Shown here: in pieces, positions 1 through 10,609 of the stretch
How positions within the stretch are numbered: position 1 is the stretch's first letter
Layout: each line of letters starts with the position of its first letter
Assembly: GCF_964188315.1 (NCBI RefSeq)
Contig: NC_135658.1
Coordinates: forward strand, 68,448,001-68,512,000
Source: Podarcis muralis
Taxonomy: Eukaryota
Reading direction: 5' to 3'
DNA length: 64,000 nucleotides
Program-made: the position numbers and the translations under genes
The notes under the pieces: model-generated
What the model was told of the DNA's origin: nothing
What the model saw: the letters and a program-made list of their open reading frames with translations, nothing else
Database searches by the model: none

Positions 1-103
1 ATACATATCATTTTAACAACAACAACTACTATTACTACTACTACTATTGTAAAAAAAAACATTGGTTTTAATTTGAGAAAACTCATCACGGGTTATGGTA
101 ATA

Positions 104-248
104 CAGGCTTCCTCAACCTTTTCCTCAAACCTCCTCCAGATGTTTTGAGACTACAATTCCCATCATCCCTGACCACTGGTCCTGCTAGCTAGGGATCATT
201 GGAGTTGTAGGCCAAAAACATCTGGAGGGCCAAAGTTGAGGAAGCCTG
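104..248. mobile_element. hAT-type palindromic MITE in amelogenin intron 2
   Basis: TIR CAGGCTTCCTCAAC; perfect 8-bp TSD TGGTAATA (96-103, 249-256). Confidence 0.88.
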
Positions 249-296
249 TGGTAATATATGTTAAGCCTTAGTTTTCTTCATAGGTATGTGGTAAAT

Positions 297-432
297 CAGG
301 GTTTCCCAAACTTGGGTCTCCAGCTGGTTTTGTACTACAACTCCCATCATCCCTAACAAGCAGGACTAGGGGTCAGGGATGATGGGAATTATAGTCCAAA
401 AACAGCTGGAGGCCCAAGTTTGGGAAACACTG
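297..432. mobile_element. hAT-type palindromic MITE (related family)
   Basis: TIR CAG(G/T)GTTTCCCAAACTTGGG; degenerate 8-bp TSD TGGTAAAT/CTGTAAAT. Confidence 0.82.
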
Positions 433-513
433 CTGTAAATCTTCACCTGTCTTTTAACTCTGATTTCAATTAGTAGAGAATTAAGTTACTTGAAATGAGC
501 AATTAGCACTTAC

Positions 514-567
514 TGGAATAGCAAATGTAGTGCTTAAGAGGCACATAACAATAGTCCAGCCCTCCAT
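514..567 (-). CDS. AMEL: Amelogenin exon 2, coding part (signal peptide plus first 2 mature residues): MEGWTIVMCLLSTTFAIP
   Basis: Reverse complement reads ATG GAG GGC TGG ACT ATT GTT ATG TGC CTC TTA AGC ACT ACA TTT GCT ATT CCA followed by donor gtaagt (513-508). It is 54 nt/18 codons, phase 0, as in tetrapod amelogenin exon 2. It lies antisense in ARHGAP6 intron 1, the known amelogenin position. Confidence 0.95.
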
Positions 568-584
568 TTTCCTCATGGCAGGTC
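568..584 (-). other. AMEL: 5' part of amelogenin exon 2 (GACCTGCCATGAGGAAA), containing an in-frame upstream ATG at 576
   Basis: Acceptor ctttctcttttatgttgtatattgcag immediately precedes 584 on the minus strand. Confidence 0.85.
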
Positions 585-2276
585 CTGCAATATACAACAT
601 AAAAGAGAAAGTTTCCACACACTCACCGTTTATAGGTCAAGCCGAAGTATACAACCATATATAATTAATGTTGCTATGTCTCATCTGTTCTTTGTTAAAA
701 CAACTTTTAAAATGTAAGGTGAGCTGTACTGTCTCTGTTGGATGTTAATGGCTTTGGGAGGAATGCAGTCAAAGTCTATTTTACACCAGAGAGGAAAACG
801 TACGCACATCAGTTCTCTCCACTGAAACTAATACAACTGAATGTTATTAAGTTGGCAACAATGTCTTCATGGATTTTAACCTCCTGTGAAAAGCATAAAT
901 TTACCTATTGTCTTCCACATCCTAAAATTTGCAGCATGTTATTAATCTGCAGCTTTGGCCATCTTGACCTTGGATTAACATTATAGAGATGATTTGCATG
1001 TCAAGGAGCATGCGCAGACTGCTCAGAAGTTTCCGATTCTTTCTTCTTCCTGCTAATCCTTTGTTGCACCAGGAAAGAAGCAAACCATGCTGGCTATATA
1101 CTAACCAGCACTTATGGTTTGTTTCCTCCAAATAATTTACAGCAAGGAAGCCAGGATTTGTTTGCACTTAATGCAAAGCTAGCCTCTTGTTCTTTTCCTT
1201 CTCAGTATGGCGAAGGATTAGAAGGGAGTAGAACATATCAGAGATTTTTGGTAGTTCACTTTAAACTATAGTGCGTACTAAACTATGGGTTTAATGAGAC
1301 ATGCAAACTGGTCCACAATTTGATATTTGATAATTTAGTGCATAGCCTTAGGGGTACATTGATAGAGCTATTTTTTTCAATTATACAATACAGTGGGAAA
1401 ATAATGTAGAAGTACGGATGTTTTAATTATTTGATTATATAAATTTACAGTTTTAGTAGATTAAAATTTATAGTTCGTTTAATCAATGAAGATGGAAAAA
1501 GCAAATATGTCCTCCTCTGTCCCACATTTGATGAAAAAATAACCTAAAAATGACATTTTTTGCATTATAGGCACATAAAGCTGACATGGCTCCATTTAAA
1601 TAAAAAAGCAGTGCATCTATCAAACATGTTTTCTATAATACCAATAAGCCTTAAAATTGAATAAATATTTCATATTCCCCAGTGGAAAGTAAGTGAAAGA
1701 TAGCTTTTCATACAATAGAAGTGTTAGCTGACCAGATTGTCAAATTGCTTTCTTACTTAAGAGTTTCCACCAATTCAGATCTCTCAAAAAGGCATCTTCT
1801 GTACATTATTTAATTCATCAGTTAATTCACAGCTTAATAGCCTGATAGCTACCGTAATTACAGAAAAACAATCAGTTAACAGATCTGATTGTTAATGAAA
1901 AGAATAAAAAAATCTGAGAGCAAGGCTGCAGCAGAGTAACTTTTAATTAAGTTCTAAAAATGAATGCTGGCTTTACAGGAAATAAGATAATGCGCAGAAG
2001 ATCTTTAATGTTCACTATTAAAGTCTTTATTTCAAACTTTTTAAAGATAAGGACACTAAGGGAAAATTTAGAACTTGCATACTTTCCCCACTTAGATCTC
2101 CACCCCATTCTTTTTTGGGGGGGAAGGGGAGAACAATGCAGAAACTGCACCCCAAAAAAGCTTTCACATAAGCAATATGCATATTATTATGAATGAAGCT
2201 TCTATTCTGTGACTTAAAAATCTCAGTGGATAAAGAGAAACGATAAATAAGCTGTTGACATAATGAATAAGTTTAC

Positions 2277-2340
2277 CTCTTGGAAGTACTCCTTGAATCT
2301 CGCTGTGTGTGTTGCTCCAGTAGTCTTGGTAGCTTAAGGA
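2277..2340 (-). other. AMEL: Probable non-coding exon 1 of amelogenin (TSS approximate)
   Basis: On the minus strand it starts ~30 nt after a TATA-like box, has no ATG, and ends AAGAG|gtaaac at 2277/2276. The implied intron 1 is ~1.7 kb. Confidence 0.7.
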
Positions 2341-2360
2341 CTTGACTTAACTTCAGCTCA

Positions 2361-2432
2361 TATTTAAATAGTTTTCACACCTCTGACAGCCAATGAACAT
2401 TTAGCTGCTTTAAAAAAAAAAAAAAACCCAAT
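2361..2432 (-). promoter_or_regulatory. AMEL: Amelogenin core promoter: TATTTAAATA (2370-2361) and reversed CCAAT boxes (2390-2394, 2428-2432)
   Basis: Minus strand reads ATTGGCTGTCAGAGGTGTGAAAACTATTTAAATA. This resembles the ATTGGCTGT...TATAAAT layout I recall for mammalian amelogenin promoters. Confidence 0.7.
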
Positions 2433-2977
2433 AAAAAAAACCTGCTGCATCATGTGTTTTCAGACATCAAATCACGCCCGGAACTGAATATTATGATTAG
2501 AGTGTGCAGTCTTTTATTATGTTTGCATGGCTTGATAAAACATATTCTTTTGCAACTTCTAATTCTCTATGGTTCTTGTGTTGGGTTCAGTTTCTAATCT
2601 GCAGTTCTGCTTGACTTCAGTAATAATTTGATCCTTCTGCACAAATTCCCATACAGTTCATTTTAAAATAGACAGAGTTCTGTTATGGTGTATGCAAGGC
2701 AGAGGAACCTACACATCCAAGCCCTGACATTGCTTGTGCCGGTCAGGACAAAAACCAGGTGAGATGGCTTTTCCCAGTGTTGTCATGTCATGTCCCACCG
2801 TGCTTCCAAATAGTTTCTATAGGGGGCGAATTAACTATACCAGCTTCAGGGCTGGCATAGCCTTCCTCACATATTATTATTAGTATTATTATCTCCATTT
2901 ATTACCCATCCTTCAGCATCAGGTCCTAGGATAGGTTAACACAGTTTAAAAATCAATATTAAAAACAGTTTAAATTA

Positions 2978-3097
2978 TAGGCTTCCTCAACCTCGGCCCT
3001 CCAGATGTTTTGAGACTACAATTCCCATCATCCCTGACCACTGGTCCTGCTAGGTAGGGATTATGGGAGTTGTAGGACAAAAACATATGGAGGGCCA
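2978..3097. mobile_element. hAT-type MITE, same family as 104-248, lacking the right TIR
   Basis: Near-identical internal sequence to 104-248. Confidence 0.8.
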
Positions 3098-3762
3098 CGG
3101 AAATAGGAATTTAGAAGCATGCTGGGGATGTATTGGAAGAAGGTTTCCCTCAGTCATACCCCACTGTCCTCCTTTTTCTCTCTTGCACTGTTGGAACACC
3201 AACATATAGAAAAGCATTTGAAGAGTGTTTTGCTTTTTAACCTCCCTGTTTCTTTAGCCCTCTTTTTCTTCTCTAGACTCCATAGCATGTAGTCTTCTTT
3301 CTCCACGCCATCCATTACTCACCTATTTTATCTTTCCCATATCCCTGTGGCTACCTCTTTTATCTCTCCAACTCATAGTGCACCGTGGCTATTTTCTCTC
3401 TGCACTTCTGCAGGGCTCTCCAAACCCCAATCTTCCCATTTCCCATTGTCTTCTTTCAATTTCCTTCATTCTGGACACTTTTTGTTCTCTCCCCATATTT
3501 CTGCTTCTCTTGGTTCAATTTTGTCATGGGGCTTACAGGTCATGGGGCTAATGCTTTCCCAACAATTCATGGACTATGAAAGCCTGTGGTGCAGGAGAAC
3601 CATGCAGTTTGGGGTTTTTGAAGATTCTGAGGTGGGAATAAGAAACCAAGTCCTTCACATATATCAGAATCTAGTGGGAATTGGTAAAGATAAAGGCACT
3701 TTCCTAATTTTGATAGAGTTTGGGCTTAGCTGTTCCATAAAGATCTGGGGGGACTCCACATA

Positions 3763-3981
3763 CAGTCGTACCTTGGAGGTCAAACAGAATCCATTCTGGA
3801 AGTCCGTTCAAGTTCCAAAACGTTCAAAAACCAAATCGCGGATTCTGATCAGAAGCTGTGGAAGCCCCTTCAGACGTTCAGGTTCCAAAAGAACATTTGC
3901 AAACTGGAACAATCACTTGTTGTGGCGTTCAGGAGCCAAAACGTCCGAGTTCCAGGGCGTTCGACAACCAAGGTACGACTG
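3763..3981. mobile_element. Tc1/mariner (Tigger/pogo-like) MITE
   Basis: TIR CAGTCGTACCTTGG at both ends; TA TSDs. Confidence 0.88.
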
Positions 3982-5667
3982 TAATAGGTATATTCCAGTT
4001 TGTTGCAAATAGAGAGGCGTTTGTGATCTATCTTTAGGCCTTAACTTGTGTCCTGGTGTAAAATAACGCACACAAACAAACTATTAAGGAAAGGGAGGAG
4101 AATAGATGCATTGTATTACAGATATCTAACATTTTGTAACATTGCATTTCAACTATAGTTCTTGAGCGTGCGTGCGTGCGCGCACACACATGTATGGAAT
4201 CAGAAAACTGTTTATGAACTGCGTATTGCGGGATTGTGTTGCTTTTTGGGGAGCTGCCAACATCCATATGTTTACTTGTTTACAATAAATGGTAGAGCTA
4301 TACATTTTGGTTTCCTTTTCACAGAAATAACGAAAGCTATATGCCAGTGTTTAGTCCACACCCCCCTTTAAAACAAGTACCAGTAAAGCTAGCAACACTA
4401 GCCAAATTATCTGTTTGGCTTATAATTTCAAGGAGTTAAAAGAATTTGGTAATTAGATGTCGGGAAAACTTCCTTGACTAAGCGAGAATGATGTGTGTGA
4501 ATAGCATTTACGGCAGAAGATGAATAGCTATGGTAAAAACAGAGTGAAAATTGTTTGTCTGTCCAATCAGCAAAAAAACCCTCTTGTATTAATAGAAGAG
4601 AGAAAAAAGTTGTGTTTTTTTTAAAAAGAAAAGAAATAAATCTTGTGTATTCATAGTAAGTCACCCCAGAAGATACAAATATTTAGTGGGAACCCATTTG
4701 TTTCTTCAAGATAATGAACAATAGAATCATATAACTGCAGAATTGGAAAGGGTCCATCTAGTACAATTCCCTGCAATGCAGGAATCTCAACTAAAGCATC
4801 CATTATTGTGAAATTATTATGAAATGATTTGCAACAGTTAATATCAAAAGTACTATAGCTGAGCTGTTTTGATGTCTTCCAGAAAAGCTTAGCAATAGCA
4901 ATATAGGGTAAATTTAACTGCAAGGCTACCTAGAAACTTTGCACCAAATCCCAGGATGGAGCAGAAAGTATGTTGCTGCTGTCCATGCAGAATTCTGGGT
5001 CAATGTAGTTAGTGTTCACATTGGCACCAGCTTTCATCTCCGGGAGCAAACTATTGTTTCATTGGCTTTCAGCCTAACTTTTCACTTTGTGAACAGTAGG
5101 AGCTTTGGTTCATGAAAGGTGAGTTTTGCTTGTGGAAGGTTCCCCCCTTCCCCCCGTGAGTAGAACAAAAAGTTGGGATCGAAGCCACTGATTCCTAAAA
5201 ATAGGAAGGCATATTTAAAAACAATATGTAAGGGTAACAGTTTCCAGGAGCCCTTACAGCTGTCTTTTTCTGATGAGGAACAGCTGCTTGGAGTCTTTTC
5301 TCCCTAAGTTTCAACTGCCCAGTAAGTATTTATTATATTTTGAAGACATAGAAGACATATAGCGTGCGCGCACACATACACACATTGTGATTTGCGATAT
5401 ATCACCATCCTGAATATTATGAAATCATTACCACGATGTGGACTTCAAACTGATTTTGGACAACGTATCAATACATCGCCCAGCCCTAGCCTACATCTCA
5501 ATAAAACTTTATTTATTAAAAAAAAGAAGCTCATGAATTTGAATGGGTTACCAGTAAGAAAAGGTGTTTAAGCCAAATTGACATTGGTTCAACAGTTGGT
5601 GCTTTGGTTATTGTAGCTACAAACTGATGCGCTTTGAAAGCCATTTCTTTTTTGCAGTCTAGAATCC

Positions 5668-6135
5668 TAATCCTTTTTTTCTGCATCTTTTCCAACTTTG
5701 CAGTATCCTTTCTGAGGTTTGGCAACCAGAATGGTACACAGTACAGTGGTACCTCGGGTTAAGTACTTAATTCGTTCTGGAGGTGCATTCTTAACCTGAA
5801 ACTGTTCTTAACCTGAAGCACCACTTTAGCTAATGGGGCCTCCTGCTGCTGCTGCCGCACCGCCGGAGCACGATTTCTGTTCTCATCCTGAAGCAAAGTT
5901 CTTAACCTGAAGCACTATTTCTGGGTTAGCGGAGTGTGTAACCTGAAGCATATGTAACTTGAAGCGTATGTAACCCGAGGTACCACTGTATTTGTATAAC
6001 GGCATGGTGATTGTGGCATTTTTATTTTCAATTCCTTTCCTAATGATCCCTAGCAAGGAATTTGCCTTTTTCACAGCTGCCGCACACTGGGTCGACATCT
6101 TCATTGACCTATCCACCACCATTCCATCCCTGGTC
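5668..6135 (-). mobile_element. CR1 LINE ORF2 C-terminal fragment, interrupted by the MITE at 5744-5988
   Basis: Minus strand translates VDRSMKMSTQCAAAVKKANSLLGIIRKGIENK...PLYK / YCVPFWLPNLRKDTAKLEKMQK, typical of CR1 ORF2. Confidence 0.85.
5744..5988 (+). mobile_element. Tigger-like MITE family A, copy 1
   Basis: TIR CAGTGGTACCTCGGGTTA; TA TSDs; repeated internal AACCTGAAGC motifs. Confidence 0.9.
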
Positions 6136-6442
6136 AGTCACCACCAGTACGGAACCCAGGCGTGTGTATGTCAGATTAATTGGCAGTTTGCTATCTTCTT
6201 TGTTGTGTGACTGTTTGTACATATATACAGGTGCACTTTTAGAACAGTGCTCTGCAGACAGTAGCAAAAGATCACGAACAATTACTGTACCAAGCTTAGC
6301 CCAGTCCAATCTTCGTCTTCTAGAAGCAAGTCTTTTGCTTTAGTAGGGCCCGGTTCCACTGCAGCCTCAATGCTGCTTAACTGTTTCTAGAGATTTTTTT
6401 ACACCTTCATGAAAAGAATTGAAGATTACTACTTCCATCAGA

Positions 6443-6617
6443 CAAGGAGAAGGGGGCGACAGAGGACGAGATGGTTGGATAGTGTTTTCGAGGTTACCAG
6501 CATGAGTTTGACCAAACTGCGGGAGGTAGTGGAGGACAGAGGTGCCTGGCGTGCTCTGGTCCATGGGGTCACGAAGAGACGGACACGACTAAACGACTAA
6601 ACAACAACAACAACAAC
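6443..6617 (+). mobile_element. Bov-B (RTE) LINE, severely 5'-truncated, with (CAA)n tail
   Basis: Encodes RRRGRQRTRWLDSVFEVTSMSLTKLREVVEDRGAWRALVHGVTK; perfect 12-bp TSD ACTTCCATCAGA (6431-6442, 6618-6629). Confidence 0.93.
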
Positions 6618-9600
6618 ACTTCCATCAGATTAGCAGTTTCTCTCTCATCAGCTCATGGTTGGAAAACTGGTTGAATCTGGTGTTATGGTTGTAGAGGCTG
6701 CCTCTTCATTATCCACTAACTAGGAAGAAAGTGAGCCAAGATTTAAAAGCAGTCTAGTCCTACCTCAGACTACAAGAATGTTGCATGGACCAGACTTGTG
6801 TAACTTTCTAGCTACACCCACACACCCTTACACACAGTGGGGGTCCCACAAAAGAAAAGATAGAAACTCAACAACCAGGGCAGAGAGAGGAGAAAAGAGA
6901 GTCGAGTTGAGTTTTGCAATGAGTAGTGGATTTCAGGAATGGAGAGGAAAGAAAACAGAAATTCGGGATCAGCCAGGAAGAACAAGAGAGGAAAGATTAT
7001 TGCTGACAGGAAAATCAGCGCTGTGCTTCAGCTCGGGAGGCGAGGAAGGGGAGGAAGGGATATGGGGCAGAAAGAGATGGGAAGAAAGGATGGGAACCAA
7101 GCTGAAGACTGCTTCAATGATCTAGTAACAACCATGGGAAGGCAGGTCAGGGAGCCTTAGCAAGTAGCACTTGGAGATAAATTGGGCTGAGCAGAGAATG
7201 CTGCTCTTAACAGGATCATTCTTGTCGTGCTGCCTGCCCTAATAGCTTAGCAATGAGCCATGTGCAGATAACCAGTGCTATGGCGCAGTGAAGGAAGGAT
7301 GATTGGTGAAGGCACAATAGATATTGGAGCCTGTTCACTAAGTCCTTAAAGCCGCAGCTTCCCATTTTAAATTTTGGACCTTTGATCTCCTGCTTGGAGG
7401 CAGAGCTGGAAGAATATCGGAGATGTTAGGACTGGGATCCTTGTGTGGGAGAAGGTTGAAGGGGAAAGCTCTTCTTAGTACCAGTTCTGAACCTAGGAAA
7501 AAATAGGGTTTTGACTTGCATGGTTAAGAGGAAGAGACTATAGCGCTGAAAGTGTAAGATAAATATGTACATTTTTCTTCTATTCTTTACGTCTGTGGCA
7601 AATGGGAACTTGGGGATAGGACAAAAAGGAGCGCTTCTGAGTGTGACATACCGTGGCATTGCAGGAAATACTGGGTCAAGTGGTGTAATTTTTGGACAGG
7701 GACATTTATTTGCAGAAGGCTCTGATCCAATCTCAGATTTGTTGTCTTGAGTAAATCACTTGTCTTAATCTAGTCCAGCACTCTGTTTTCCACACTGGCA
7801 ATCCAAATATCTTTGCAAAGCTTAAGTGAAGGCGAATGCATTAATCTTCTCCATATTTTATGGCCTTAGTAAATTCAAACAAGTAGCGTTTTGTCCCTGA
7901 TATCTGGTATTCAGAGAGATGCAGTTGAACACAGTGTTTCCTTGTAGCTATGGCAGCTGTTAGAAACCCTTTCATGGTGTGTGTGGAGTGGAGCAGTTTT
8001 GTTGGAAAAGGGCAAGGGAGGTCTGGTGGGACATGTAGGCCGAAACTGTGGCTTTGGAGGTTGCAGTATTCTATGTAGGGAAAGGGTTAATAGGAAAACC
8101 ACACAAATTTGCAAAATAAAATGATGCGCTAGTTTGTATTAATATAAACACATTTTTAAAGAATTTCTGTAATTTAAATAGAAATTTAAAGGCATCTCAC
8201 TATAGCTGGGCAGCTGACACAGTAACTTGCTCGTAATTAATTTGTGCAATTATTTTTAGTGTGTCAGTTATGAGTTTTGATCATGTTGACCATCTTCGAG
8301 ATGGTTATCTTTGGCTGAAATGGTAGGAAGATGAGATGCATGTGCCTAAAATGCATGCATGCATGCACAAATAAAACACAACATAACTATTGGGCTTCCT
8401 AAGTTGACGATGATCTTTTGCAAATCATCCGGGTAACAATTTCTCTAGTTCTGCTTATTTTAATCAAAAGTAAAATCACAGCAAAGCAAATAGCAGGGAC
8501 AAAGGGATACAGCAACCAATGAAACTAAATGCTTCCCAGAAGCAAACAGGGAGGTATTTCATTGGCATTTAACAGCTTAACATAGGTGCCTGTTGAAAGA
8601 AGTTGGACTGTTCAGATTTTTGGCTGCCACCAATGAAAATGCCCAATTTTTATGGCATATACACCTTTTCTCCAGAGGTGGGGACTGCAACCTCTGCAAC
8701 AAGGAATCTAAATATAGAGGTTGTTTCATCTAGGTGTAGGTGGTCTTTAAGATGCTCCAGACTCAATCTGTTCATGACATTATAGGTAAAAAACAACACT
8801 TTGATTTGTGCTTAAGTAGCAGCCATATTCCATACTAATTGAAGGTTTCAGCCTTCTAAGATAGCCCCACGTGTAATGTAGTGCAACAGTATATGCTTGA
8901 TGCATAAGGCATTTTCACAAAACAACAAGTCTAGGTTTCCCCCTGTTTCTAATAAGGTTATATTGCATTATACAATATATAGCAAGTTCTTTGAAAGGCT
9001 ACAGTCTTAAAAAATAACTTTATTGAGAACAGAGAGACATAAAATGGGGGAAGGACATAATAAAAGGAATGCTCACATCTATCAAAAGGGTCATATCTAG
9101 ATATAGATTTATTGAGATATAGATTTATTTGAGATACAGATACAAGAAATGCTGAACATTATTTTAATCTTCAGTTAAAAAACCATACCCACCCCCATAC
9201 AAAATTAGTCAGGGATGGATTGGTTCATAGTATTTCCCCCTCAACCCATTTTAGCAGTAAAATGTTATTGGCTTATTGTAAAAAGCAAGTTTTATTTTTC
9301 AAAAAGCATTTATTGCAGTTTAGCATATGTGTGGCTTGCGTTTCCAATAGGTTTGCCATTGGTGTTGCAACTTCTTGTTTGTTAGGGTCAGAGAAATTGC
9401 ACTAAAGATTTAAAATCAAGGACTGACCGTCCTAGATGAGAGAGAACATTAGATGTCTTTACCATACTCAAAGGGATTTTACCAGATGTGTGCAGCATTC
9501 TTTGGAGCGTTCCTAATAAGGAAAGTTTGCACAGTTACAGTGCAGTTCTGCATTTGAAGAGCCATGTGGAAGAGGATTTTCTTTGGAAGGGGGGGAAAGA

Positions 9601-10470
9601 TAACCACTCCTTGCACCGCTTCAAAACAACATTATGGAATAAGAAGCAGTTATAGATTGTGTGTACCTTTTTCCAACAGGCAGACTTATCTAGAATTTGG
9701 CAATGCTAAACTTGTTGGACTGACTTGGAATTCCAGTTAAGAGATTAATTTTCATTTCTTTTGATTCTTAAGATTTATGATGGTAGAAATCTGTGGCAAC
9801 TAAAGTGATTGTAGGAGTTACAGTTTGGGCTGTCTCTAAGATACCTGATATATACACGTCTCCAGGAAAAAAAATGTGCCTTTCTTCGAATAGGAGTTCT
9901 ACAATGGATTAATCTTCAAGTTTGGTTTCATGAAGTTAACAAAGGACGACTGTGGAAAAGCAGATTTGGGTTAATGGGTAAGAAAATAGTTATGTGATTG
10001 TGGAGCACAGCTGTATTGTAGTACTTTTGAATAGTAACTTGTTCTGTTTTAATTTTTACTTGCTATAGCTAACTTGGCAGAAAAAACAACATCCCTACCC
10101 AAACAACTTTTCACCATTCACAACATATTTCTTGCTTGGTAAGGGAAACAGCTCTACCTGCCACTTAGCAGGCTAAGAAGTCAACAAGCAGCGAGTTCTC
10201 AAATACCCTTTATTTTGTCTGTTTTCATGACTTTGCATGTACTGCTAACAAGCCTGAGAGGGGCAAAACCCCTTCAATCAGCAGTGGTGTTGTGTAATTA
10301 AAGTCAATTATATGACTAGACTTAAGTTGGCTTGGCTGAAAGTTGTTTGAAGTCTCTGATCAGTTTTTATCATGTTTATAAGTGAACATACAAGCTCTGT
10401 AATGCTAGTTACTGAAAACTGTGTGGAGGGAAGTATTATGTAGACAATGTTTAAATGCAGTTAGCACAAC

Positions 10471-10609
10471 CAGTCAAAGGCAACATGGTGCCCTCCAGAT
10501 GGTGTGGGAATCTTAACAAGCAGCAGCCACAGACAACTTGGCCCAATGGTCAGGGATGATAGGTAATTGTAGCCAACAACATCCAGAGGGCACCATGATA
10601 ACTACCCTG
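10471..10609. mobile_element. Old hAT-type palindromic MITE
   Basis: Arms CATGGTGCCCTCCAGATG / CATCCAGAGGGCACCATG. Confidence 0.65.

Noticed and set aside
621-675. Strong minus-strand donor ACG|GTGAGT near amelogenin exon 2 (possible extra exon)
   Set aside because: Only 42 nt separate it from the exon 2 acceptor, too short for a normal intron. The upstream acceptor is weak and the frame closes at once.
3347-4012. 221-aa + strand ORF near the amelogenin promoter
   Set aside because: Non-ATG start, low-complexity pyrimidine-rich sequence, and it reads through a Tigger-like MITE; no recognisable domain.
7911-8114. Pro/Gln-containing minus-strand ORF considered as amelogenin exon 6
   Set aside because: It lies upstream of the amelogenin promoter (wrong side) and lacks the YGYEPMGGW-type motif.
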